Below, one piece after another: positions 39,395 through 64,000 of a stretch of 64,000 nt of DNA. Source of the stretch: Bugula neritina (Eukaryota; Animalia; Bryozoa). Every line of letters starts with the position of its first letter. Position 1 is the stretch's first letter. The position numbers and the translations under genes were made by a program. Where the stretch lies: positions 15,406,633-15,470,632 of the forward strand of contig OZ037769.1 of the NCBI GenBank assembly GCA_964035545.1, read 5' to 3'. The notes below the pieces were generated by a model. It did not search any database. It was not told the DNA's origin and saw only the letters and a program-made list of their open reading frames with translations.

Positions 39395-41167
39395 ATTAGT
39401 TCAGTTTAATTAAATTTGGATTAATTCTTCACTGTATGGTGGTATGTTGAATGGGTGAATATAAAGGAGACAGGTGATGGATTGTCCATCAACCCCCTCC
39501 TCATTACTCATGGCTGAATTTGGTTCTCGCCAAGTTCTTGTGTAACATGTATTAGATTTCCTTGGAGAGTTTCCCACAATTCAAGGGTTCATTACTCCTC
39601 AACTACTCGGTAATGTGTATGTTAGCACTTTTACCAACATTTTGGATGAGTAAATATGAAATAACGTCTTTTCTCCCTCATGTTTTAAGCTTGGCAGCAA
39701 GAAAAATTGAGATGTAAAAATCAATAGAAAAATCAGTTCTCTTTTCTTATTGTAAAGTTGAAATATATAATCTTGATCTAAGCAGTTTACTGCATTGTAG
39801 ACCAACTGGTAACCACTGTGACTACCAGGTCTGGTCAGATTGACCACGCCTACTTGAACTCTGAGCATACTTCATGATTTAACAACTCTACCAATTAAAA
39901 TCGTTTCAGCAAAATTTTAGATGCAAGCAGAAATCTAAAAGCATATGGTGCAAACAGTATTTACTTTTACTAACAATTACCTAATAGTTTCGTTCAAGTT
40001 GCTTTAATTTATACCATAAATTCAACAATTTTTCTAAACTGAACAAATATTTTATGGATTTTAAATTCGTTTTGATATCATATTGCAATATACAGTAAAT
40101 ACCAAAATGGATAATATAAAATATTGATTTATTGAAAATTGGGTTGTGGCAAAAATAAACTATGAGTGAGTCCGATAACATAATTTCTGTAAGAAGTAAC
40201 GTGTCAATGAAAGTTGATAGAATAAGAAATTATAATTATAGCTATGGTTCAGCGATACTACAGTTTCTAATTTTCGTGTATGTGTAAACTCATGAGAGCA
40301 GAAAATATATAATTTAGAATATTATAGTAAAAGGATACGAATGGATTATAATGATATATAATCATACTCTATACTACTATGTAGAATATATAATATAAGG
40401 TTTCACTTAGATTATAGCCATAGAAGTAATATCTAATAGAAAGCAATATAAAATAAAGATCCAGTTATAATTATTTGAAAATATACTCTAAGACAATATT
40501 CACATGAAACATATTTTCATCTCTCTTTTGAAAAAAAGATAAATATTGATATAGATATGGCATTGTAAATCACAGATCTAAATAGAAAGCAACGTAACTA
40601 ACATGTAATTCCAACATCATCCCATTTACCCAACTTCACCAGCTCAATGCGATTGGCAGGCAGCCAACTCTTGAAACCCAACTAAGCAAAGAATACAGGT
40701 GGCTAAAAATAGGTATAAATAAACATAATTCAAAGTTTATAATACAGCTGTGAAACTAATTAAATAATTTAATATGTGCTTATACTGTTATTTTTCTAGT
40801 GGTGGGGGATAAATCCTCATAATTACTATAAAATGGGACAATAACCTAGAATACTAGAAAATGAAAGTAATACTAGTTAATAACATTTGGGTTCATTTAA
40901 TTATCATACAACTTGAGTAATCAACTGAAATGACAGAGGATTATTGAAAAAAAACACAAATCACAAAATCTGGTCTCAATACTGTTGGGAGTATATAATG
41001 AAAATGTGTATAATGAATAGTCTTGGTCTACAGTTATATAAATACTAATACTTTTTGTACTGCAGTGGCCTTCCATAGAATTTGATTTTCTCAGAGTTTG
41101 CTTTGATGAAACTCTTCAAGGGTAGGCAGGCCATCGCATAGAGTAACAGTGGAAGCACAACTCTAAA

Positions 41168-53448
<12,281 letters not shown>

Positions 53449-56400
53449 CTACAAATTAACAACAGAAAGTAAACACGCTGTCTGGTGGTAAACTGAAATA
53501 CAACTAACAGGTGTTTACACAACAATTCTTAGAAACTCAAAATATTTGTAATTAATCTTTCAAGACCAAAACTTAAATTATCAAAATAACGCTTCAAATA
53601 GCCTTGGGGTGATGATATCCAGGCATATGTTCACACACTGCTTCGTTATAACAAAACAAAACAAATGAATTTATTGAAGGTCAATAATATGTGACCAGCA
53701 CACCAAAGCATCTCACATTTATAACAATATAACACATTTTCAATTTAGATTAATAAATTACAGGTAATAATAATAATAAATTCAACTACATATAAAATAA
53801 AGAGCTTCATCTGGCAACTGCAGTGTAATGTACATTATATATCATGGCACGAAACTATTAAATTTATAGTAGAATTGCCTAATCCCATATAATCCACTAT
53901 TAATCCACTATATATTTCAATATATAAATAAACATTACAGTGAAATTGCCTTCAATCAGCATCTGAATTGGAAAAGTTGACTAATGCTTTCATGTCTATA
54001 AATCAAATGAAGTATTTCCAATAATTTAGTGGCTCTTTCAACAAGATGAAAACAATATATTACCATCATTATTATCCCTACACTGCATATATAATATGCT
54101 CTTACCACCATATGAGGAATGAAAATGAAACAGTATTTTCAGTATTAGGGCTACATTACACGATTGAGAAAATCAAAGGGGCAATATACAGTACAAAGGC
54201 AATAAAACTCTCAGTAATGCAATACTCATTGAAAAAAGTTCAGTTTTTGCAAGAAATAAATTTGCAAGAGCTAAAGTTTATTCCCAAAAGATCCAAATTT
54301 GATGTAATATTGATAACAATGGATCTTCCCTTCAATAGAGGGTGGCTGGTGGAGCATCTGGAATTTACCAACTGTTGAAAGCAAAAGTACTCCTGCAAGG
54401 GAACTGCTGGCAATACATTATTCTATATGGGGGGGGGGGGGGATAAAAACCCTCTGATAATAAATTATTATCTGTTGGCAGCAGTTGGCAGCAGTGGGTA
54501 AGGTAGGGTGAAGAAATGTGAACAGAGGGAAGATGGCGAACAGGATGTAGACTGTGAGTGGATTAGAACTTAACCACAGAGAATGCAAAGTATGATGGAT
54601 GGATAACACTCTCAGACGTAATGTTATCATTACCTCATGCATGTTCCTTGCAGAATACAATATAAACAGCAAATAATGCAGCAATATGAGACAAGTGAAA
54701 ATAAAGTTCTATAAAGAGAAAGGAGAGACAGAACTGAAAGCAGAAATAAAGGGTGAAGTCTAGGTTAGTTTAATAAATAGAAATAAATAAAATATTAAAA
54801 ATAAATAGAAATAATGAAGTAAAATAAAATACTAGTAGCAACGCTAAACAATAGAAATGAGAGTAAGATGATAAAAATATAATAAAAATATTACGTTAGC
54901 TATTTCATAAACTATTTCAAAAACTTCTATCAATTTTTTTCTAAAGTAAAACATTGAAGAACTGTTTGACTGAAGAGATGAATCAAAAGGAGAAGTGTTT
55001 GACTGAAGAGATGAATCAAAAGGAACATGTAGAAGGATAAGTTATGCTGGTTATACCGAGAGTGAGATTATACTGAGAGAGAGAGATGGAGAGAAGTAGA
55101 GTTCTGTGAACATTTGATAATTGAATGGTTCACAGGTTGATGGTCTAATAATAATAATAATAAAAATAATGGAAGAGTAAAAACTAAGGTTGTTGGCTGG
55201 TCAGGCAGTAATGGGATAATAATGAGGAGCATTGCTAGGCAGTGAGGGAGACCCAAACTATGGTCTAGTTATCCTCTCTAATGTCTGGCAGTGTAACGTA
55301 CTGTGTAGTCACGTGATCTATATAGACATTCTCTAGCTAGCAGCTGTAAGTAAGGGGTGTTATGTACAGGAGAGAAATTGGCGACTTGAGGCCTTTTTGA
55401 GGTGTTGGAAGTATTCAAGGAAAGAGCACTCTAATTTATCTTGCAGTTTTGTTGTCAATGTTGAAATCCGCTATTACTACTCAAGGGAAGGGGGGTATTG
55501 ACACTGTCCCTTAACATAAACAAGATAGCTAATAGATTACAGGCTACAGGTCACATGACAAGGGATACAACTTGTAGAAACATTCGTTGCAGTAGTTGAG
55601 ATTATAAACTGTAAAATACTGTTGGATTCGGCAAAAATATTCCTAAAACTGATGATTAAAAGAATATCAAGATCCTAGTCCAGTTTCTTTAGATGTCAGT
55701 AGAGAAGAGGGGGGAGGAAGACGCCTACACACACTCAGCTTGGTACAGAGTACCCTTATCTGGTAACCTACATCGGTGTAGCAGTAAATACACTCTCTAG
55801 TATGTAGTATATGTAACACTTTCAACTGACTCACAGTAAATATAAATATAAGGGGAGTATATTAAATAATGTGGTACCAACATAATATTCCCTTGCAAGT
55901 CTCTACTATCTCTCACTCTACTGCTTCAACAGTTTAGACACTTACTCATCAAAAGAAACAAAGGGCAAGTTGTTTCACAGATTTCACCACTCAACTTCTG
56001 CCTGGTGGTAGCCTGGCAACACCCACTTTTAGTTGGGCATTTAATTGTTAGAGAGGAAATTTTTGTCTGATTAAAAAAGCAGTCTGAAATTTGACAGTCG
56101 AAACTACTGTTTCCAACAGGTTCATTGCAATGTTTATACTTATTACTGCTAACAAAGGATACAAACAACAATTGCTACGTTTTCCTAACAGATAAGAACT
56201 AAGACTACAGGAGTTGATACTTGTTAGATTATGTAATTGAGTAGTTTCTATATATGCAATTAACTGGCCCATGATAAAACTTGCACTAATCATATACATA
56301 TAGCAAAACACATCAATATTTGCTCATACAATGTTATAATGATAATGTGTAATACAAGCCTCTAGGGGCAAAGTTGATAAAAATTTATGGTACAATAAAG

Positions 56401-59400
56401 AGTATGTAAACAGGACCTAGTAAGATTAGGTAATGTTATACAAGACACAGTAGACTAAGCAGGCTATGGCCCTAGTAATACACAACACGCGTAGAATAAC
56501 ATAGTACTTTAGTAACTGCTTCTTTACAGCATGGGTAACTGCATTCAGCTATAGTCTAAGTAATAGTTATCAGTCATTGTGAGTATAGTTACTCAACATT
56601 GGTTCATTGCAACTGCAACAGTGAAGTTATTATTATTATTCACTCAAACACCACAAATTATTTGCTATAGCCTATATTTATACCTGAAATACAGGAAATA
56701 CAGGGAATAAAGCTCCTTGAACGTCGAATACACCCTTAAAAGATATTCTACCTTTTGAAAACCACTTATCTAACAAAATATTCACCGAAATCTGAAAATT
56801 TGCAGTAAAAGAACAACTAACCTCATGAAAAATCATGTAAGCCTTAATTTAACTGCAGGAATTGACTGAAGGAGGTTGTGAAGAGGTAAAGCTAGTCAGT
56901 TGACAGTAAATCCTACTCCCACTGGATACCAGAAGGTATTAGAACGCTACAGACGTCTCTTAGAGGAATATCCAGACCACAATCTCTTCTCACCTTCACT
57001 TTGCCAGCCTGCCACTTAGCAGCCCCAATAAACACTGTTTACTAATCTTTTCACGGGAAGCCTCATGATTGGCTAGCCTTAGTTACTTGTTATTATTTGC
57101 TGTTTGTATTGTAAATAGACCAATGAAAGTGGGCAGTGGCAAGTATTTAGGCTAGGGACTCGGCCAAGCGTGTCTAGCTAATCACCCAGACATTAGAGGT
57201 GGGAGATGAGAAAAAGCTGTTAGGTGCTTGAGCAATGAACTATATTACTTAATCACGGAGGAAATCTTGTGTTTGAGTGCAAAACTCGATGACAACCGTA
57301 CAAAGCTTATTACATAATTTCAAGAAAAAGATTTTTTTTTACTGTGTTGCTAATAACTAATAATATAACAAAATATTATAAAATAATAAATTATTCACAT
57401 ATTAATATTTAGAATTTATTAGGGTGTATAATGGCATACTACTTTTATTTTTTTCTGATATACAAATTCAACCCCTAAAGTTTATAAGCTCCCTGCCTAT
57501 TGTAGCATGGCCATCTTTTAGGTATTGCATCAGTTTCCTTTGCATTTCCTGATATTCACCAAATGCAACTATTACGGGAAAGGTGAGTGTAACAGAAATT
57601 CTAGGTAGATTAAAAATTATTAATCATTCAAGTTGATCAAAATTATGAACACTATAGAATATCAACCGACTGTCACCATTAATCTTGATACGAGTGTGTA
57701 TAAACTCAGTCTAAGGTAGGTAGATGCTATCAGCTAAATACCTATGCAATTTCTATTAAATAATCTCCTTGATAATGGGTGTGAATGGTTAGTCCAATAG
57801 AGTGGTGTCAGATATTTCACTATCTTTATGATAAATTAAATGAAATAACACAAAGCCAATCTCTTCAAAAACCCATTGTTTATTATTCTTCCAGCTAAAG
57901 AGATGTAATACCGCATGTATACTCAGCCATGTATACTCAGCCTACCAATGCAATAACCCTAAAAGTTTAGAAATGGTAGCCATAATAATATATGGGCGGT
58001 AAAGTACACAGTATTTAAACCGTTATACAACTTTTCAGCAACTATCATATTTCGAGGAATGCATTGCTTACTACAAATAGGCTATTAGTATTATTTCCAT
58101 TCACCAAATAAATACCCAAATTTTAACACTTTGCAAATTTATTAGTGCAATATTATCGGGTTTTTTCATTATTTAGTGTAGCGTCAATAAAATTTTATTT
58201 CTCTTATTTAAAGATTTTTTAGCTGATTTCAGACAGAAGTTCATTTGAGACCAGAATATCAAAAAGAAGAATAAATGAAATTCTTTAAAGGAAATGATTC
58301 GTTCAGTTATTGAGATTATGAAAGGCAGTTTGAATTACAAGTTTGGAGTTGTGCTACCACAGGTCCAAATGGATCACATTGGTTATACAGTAAGGAGCAA
58401 TAGTAGCAACAGCTAAGGATCTCCCCTTCACTTCCAAAAGTAGAGTGGTTACTACACATAGAATGGTATGAGCACATCATAAATAGTGCAAGAAATTATT
58501 TTAGTAGTGCCGATGGTACTGCGACTGTAAGTGATAATACAACTGTAAGTGATACTAAAACTGTGAGTGATACTATAACTGTGAGTGATACTACAACTAT
58601 GAGTGATACTGCACCTCTACTACCACTAAGTACTACAACTGGGTTATAACAAACTAATATAGTAATATCACAGTTACTATCAATGCCGCCAGCTAAATCA
58701 CTCCTAATGATTCTATTGCACTAAAACCAGTAATATTATGCAATTTGTTTATCTCATGATAATTATTGGAGTTATTTTATGAAGAAAAACACCTTTGTCT
58801 AAGCAGTTTCTTTTTATAAATGAGTGAATTTGAGATAGCAGGTACCTAGTAGTATGTTGATAAAGCCGAAGTTAAGACACTATACACTAGTTGAATATTT
58901 TATGGATGAGGCACCCAGTTCGTCAAAGGAAAGACAACTCTTGACCATAAAATTTACAATACAACAGCTGATTTCTAATCAGCTTTAGTGGTCTCAGTTT
59001 GAGGCGGTAAGAATAATACAGTGCTCTCTCCGTATCTCACTAAGCTACTGGTTCGAACCTCAATCTCTGACATAGTAGTCAAAAGAATACCAGATTAAAT
59101 TCAGGATCCAGTTAAATTCGGCCATTTTAACTTGTTTCTAATTTTGTTTAAAGAAAGTGTTTCTAGTAACTATGAAGATTTTAACTAGTTGAGGGCCAAA
59201 GGCTATTCCAGAACAAGTAAAGAAAGCTGGGCCAGTCACAGTACTCATCTCTAAACTACACTGTTACTGTAATGGATATAAAATAGCTAAAGTAAATAAA
59301 CTTTTATTATCTAATAATAAAACCCAACATAAAACTCAGAAGCCTGACCCCTCGAATGACAGCAAAAAATTGAAAGCCTGTTTAATGGCTTGTATAATGT

Positions 59401-62400
59401 GCAGTACAACGCAGCTATCTTCCTATCCTAAATAAAATAAACTATTGTAAACAAAGACAGCTATTGAAACCAGCAGACCCCAGTGCATTGTTTATCCAAG
59501 ATATCAAACAGGCTCAAGAGATAACACACAAATGAGAAAATAAGACACGACTATAAATACTACACTAAGTGAATAGCCTGCCAAGAGTTCGGCCAGGTGA
59601 CTAGTTGGCTAATGGCAGAATAATGTCCATTGTTTAGATAAGAGGGGAAGGGGACCGTGTGTGGAAAGTACATCTTGATCGGGCCCTGGAAGGAGCTGGG
59701 TGATTAATACCATTGCTGTAATATTACAACCCATCTCAAGGCATAATATAAAGTAACTAAATATACTAATAGCTAAAAGTAAGCTAAAACAAGGGGCATA
59801 AATCTCTCCAAAATTCCTGATTACATATAATTATGTAATAATTATACCTTACACTTTAGCCGGAGTAGATGCTGAACAGCTATATAGCACCAGTTAATGA
59901 ACCCAGTAGTTGCTTTTTAGTGAGCAACAACCATTAAACAATTGGCGTGTAATCTGCTACGGTAATAAAATAGGGCCCAATAAGGCCATTTACAAAGAAG
60001 CTATAACTGTACAACAGTAGAATATAGCAAGTTCAGCTTACATGCACCACCAGAGTTATCCGCTTTTTCTTGCAACTGAGAAGTACTAATATTATTTTAT
60101 AGAACTACAGCTATAGACAGTCAAACTTGTGTTTATCTGTTTATCACACAACAAAGAGCAATATTTTATTTATAACTATTGTTTACAAACAAGCATGGAG
60201 TAGTGGCATAACGCCAAGCGCTACTTCGGCCCACTTATAAGGCCAGCATTTCCTTATTTATGAAGGGTTAGTAGTCCAAAGAATACAGACAAAAGTATCC
60301 CTAGTCGTGGGTGTTGGAGATGTGACCCTAGTTCTGTGGACACAATCACAGCAGGATGGGGAGGTCACTGAGCACCCCTCGTATTTTAGTTATATATTTG
60401 GCCTGAATATCTAGGCCTACAGTGTAGTCTGCAGTCTTGATATGTCAAGAGATAGGTCAGTTAACATGCACTGCGGTTCGATTGCTTCGAATATAGATCC
60501 GTACATGGGTTTGCGGTTGCAGTTTGGATTCGATGCAACTGTTCTCACATCTAATGGGTAAATCTATTCGAATAACTCGAAAACAATCGAAAGTTAGTAA
60601 TTGAATGCCAGCGTTGCATTTATTTACACCTTCGTAAAGTGGAGGGAAGCACAACTCCTTATAGTCAAATCCAAATAGATATTTTGACAAGTTATATCGG
60701 GTTTAGTATTTGTTACCAGAACAACTGGTCACACGGAATAATTCTAAGACCGGTGCCACTGAGCTGAAGGACAGGGTATTTCTGTTAAGGGGCAGTCAAC
60801 TTAAAATATTTACATTGAATTAGGTTGAGTAATTCCAGTCACTGAGCAAATCACTCGTAGTAGACAGGGTTAATGCAGAGCCGCACAATTTATTGTCTTA
60901 CTGTGTTATGAAATAATTAGATTAGATGGCAAGAATGAGACATAGTCATTGCATAATTAGATTAGTCCACCATTGTGTAGGGGGCAGGTGATGTGACAGC
61001 CTATCTGAAAGACAGAGTCTACCTAGGAACTCTAGCTAAGAAAGAGGTACTGTATGTAAACTATGTAAACACTAAACAGAGTTGTATACTATGTTTATAT
61101 AAATAAGGAGATGACGATATCGGCTGCCAGTAGCGACAGCAGTGGGTAGAGGCTGACCGGCTGTACAACGCATTGATACACTTGCGCTAGCTACAACTTA
61201 GAATAAACATAGTCCTAGAGTGTCTCATGTAACCTACAGGTGGAGAAGTGTCTGCTAGGAAATCAAGACGAGGCAGAGGCAGCGTTGCTGGCAGCATGAT
61301 ATACAGTTTCAAGGATATTGTGTTGATGCTCAGCTGTTGTAAAGTAGCAGCCTGCATTACTGATATATACAATTATTTATTATGCTGGCAGGTCAATATC
61401 ATTACAACAACAATCCATTATTTAGTCTGTGTAGATAAAAAATATCTATTGCAATGTAAGCAAGAAGAATAAAACAAATATATAAAGAGCTTTTGTGCCC
61501 AGTTGGCAAGCCCTGTAAACTTATTCATCTATAGCTTACATAGTTTTATGCAACACAATGCCCTATCATATCGGATTGCATGTGAGCCTAGGCAGTGCAC
61601 CCACAGCTGTGTACATGCGTTGTGGTATTTGGGCCCCATCTCGTCTTATCTCACACTAACTACACACAATCCAGTGACCCAAATAGATAACCTTAATTCA
61701 AGGACTTTAATAGACAGCCCTGCAAGGGAGCTGCCACTGAGCCCAGTCATCTTGTGCATGTGACAGGAAATATTGTAAAAGTCTTCAGTTAAATTTAATT
61801 GATTTCTCAATGGAATAAGTTACTAATATCTTAAACTATATGCGTTGAAGCTGCAAAGGATTGGAGTTTGAAACTTCTAGAACAGCCACAGAGGGAGTTC
61901 AATATTTAGACTGTAACTGATGGCCACAATCACTATTATCTGTCAGATGACCAATCACAATGATCCTTTCATTTTAGTAGCCTTAGTTCTTAGTAATTGT
62001 AGAAGAATGTGAGCTTGTAATGAGTCAACACTGTGTGCTATGACTTTTACTACAGCAAACTTTAAAAGTTCCTAATCCTTCACTCAGTAACGTAGTATTA
62101 TGTATGAAGAATCTAAACTGAAACTACAGGAAATACTTGGCATCAGCCTCGAGCAGTTTCACTTTAAATGGCAATGTTGTAAATGTCGAAATTTAAAATA
62201 ACATTCAAAATTAGTAAACACAGTTTGAAAGATACGCGAACAATACTATTTCTCTCATTCTACAGAATTATAGTGTGACACAGCAATAGCGAACTAACCT
62301 CGTGAAATACTACACCAATATCTTCTACCATAGCATATCCATAGAAGTCAGAAACTGAGTACCTCCACAGACCCTCGTAGTTGTTTGTTTACTGAGATGA

Positions 62401-62630
62401 GATTTGGTGAACAGTATTATATAATAGTAACAAAGTGAGCTACAGTACGTTGAACTATGGATTGCCCAGTTGCATAAGTTATCGAAGCCCCAGTCTCTCT
62501 CTGTAGATGTCTGTATTGCGAAGCGGCAACAGTCAATGCCATTATAATGAATATAGGGCAACGCATAACATGTATACAACATCTTGTTTTTATTAGCTAA
62601 CTATTGTTGATCAATTACCAGCTAGTACTA

Positions 62631-63158
62631 CAGTCGACTCCCGAAATCTTTCTCGGTAGATTATGTAATGGTAGCCGTCGTCCAACAACAGCGGGCAGGA
62701 AAACATTCAGCTACTTTCATCACTAGAAATATTTATTAGATATTTTGAGAACCAAACTTCGACCTGACCAAATGCTTTACACCATGTACTGCAGAAAACC
62801 AGGTCTCGAAAATATAAAGACAGGTGAGGGAATTTTCAGGGAAATCATAATGGAGTGTCAAAATTTGAAATACCCCCCAGCAAAAAATATTTAAATCATT
62901 GATTTAAAATGCAATTTTATTGAAAAGAAAGACGTTAGTACTTTTTGTTGTCATTTTATTTACAAAAAATCAAATACTTTATATTAAAAATTTTAATATA
63001 CCAGTTCGACGGAAATATTGTTCTACCTTCTACTATCAACTATTTGGTGAGGTAAATAAAAATATTACATTTTTATTCTGGTATTTGACCACTAAAATAT
63101 TACTATAAACATCTAGTGTAGGAATGAACGTTGCCGACTAGAAAAAAGGGCTCGACTG
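62631..63158. mobile_element. Possible Tc1/mariner (pogo-like) MITE
   Basis: TA|CAGTCGACTCC ... GGGCTCGACTG|TA: a short imperfect TIR starting CAGT with TA on both flanks, and an AT-rich non-coding interior. Confidence 0.4.
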
Positions 63159-64000
63159 TAGCAATGTTGCATAGAATACATTATAGTAGGGTCTCGCTGT
63201 GTTTAGTGTGTATGTTTATAGACTCGCCTAGAGCCAACTGTTGGAAATGGTAGGAAACTGCAAACATCTGTGCTAACTAAAGTCAAACGAACAATACTCA
63301 TCGCCTCAGTTCCACTTCTTATTAGATAAACAACTACTAGGTTACGGGTGTCCAGGAAGAGCCCGCATTTGTGTACTGCATAGAGCGTAGGCTACAGACA
63401 CAACTAATCAAAATAATGGGGGTAGCAAACCCTACACAACACATGTTATATCATATCACTAACTCAATGCACATGTGCCACTAAAATAGAGAGTTTAGCA
63501 TCCAACTGTAGCATAACTTCATTAGAGAATAGTCGGCAGTTCAATATTCTATAACTATATTGCTCCACAGTCACTCTTTGTAAACATATCACGCTGCAAA
63601 TTCTCTCAGTAAATGACAGCACTCTCAATTACCAACTATAAATTGTCTTCCCTCGCACGTAATCGCTAAGAAATATACATGGCAAGACACTGAGGTCGAG
63701 TGATTTGTGTTCACAGTATATTCAGGCCAACACCAAGTAATTGTATTACTGACCGTATATATTACCTAAATACAAATCACAAACAATACAGACTAAATAA
63801 TAATGTTTGTGAAAACAATGAAATGGAGTATTTATTTCAGTTTATTGTATAAATACAATCACTGCGTATTACCCATGCCTATTCACCAGTATTTATCTAG
63901 CAAAGGGTTATTCTAATCGGTATAATGTGTGTATATTTAGCAGCCACAGCAGCATAAGTATCCCCAGCAGAACTGGGTATCAAATGAACACAGTGAAAAA

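Noticed and set aside
59030-59065. Second Pol III B box (GGTTCGAACC)
   Set aside because: No well-spaced A box or tRNA structure.
53500-64000. Short ORFs and the FoxP first coding exon
   Set aside because: No ORF with recognisable homology or convincing splice context; probably a long 5' intron or regulatory region.

Overview
AT-rich, intron-rich eukaryotic (invertebrate animal) genomic DNA. There is no sign of prokaryotic operons, CRISPR arrays, or rRNA/tRNA genes. I built four spliced genes by hand, checking GT-AG boundaries and reading phase. (1) A 5'-truncated phosphagen (creatine-kinase-like) kinase on + (1-3951): the ORF is intact but nearly all catalytic residues are replaced, so it is a probable pseudoenzyme. 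(2) A dystroglycan-like gene on - (23378-5463, about 1431 aa) with a very large PTTTT mucin exon. (3) iPLA2-beta/PLA2G6 on + (25028-35925, about 803 aa), head-to-head with dystroglycan across a CCAAT-rich shared promoter. (4) FoxP on - (53448-41168; start codon not located). Between iPLA2 and FoxP lies a 2.9-kb foldback element with about 890-bp inverted arms enclosing a spliced, decayed ISL2EU/PIF-Harbinger-type transposase fragment. The most striking pattern is that many introns carry locus-specific minisatellites built from, or abutting, their own splice junctions, giving arrays of decoy donors and acceptors. Protein comparisons are from recalled family motifs, not from a database search.
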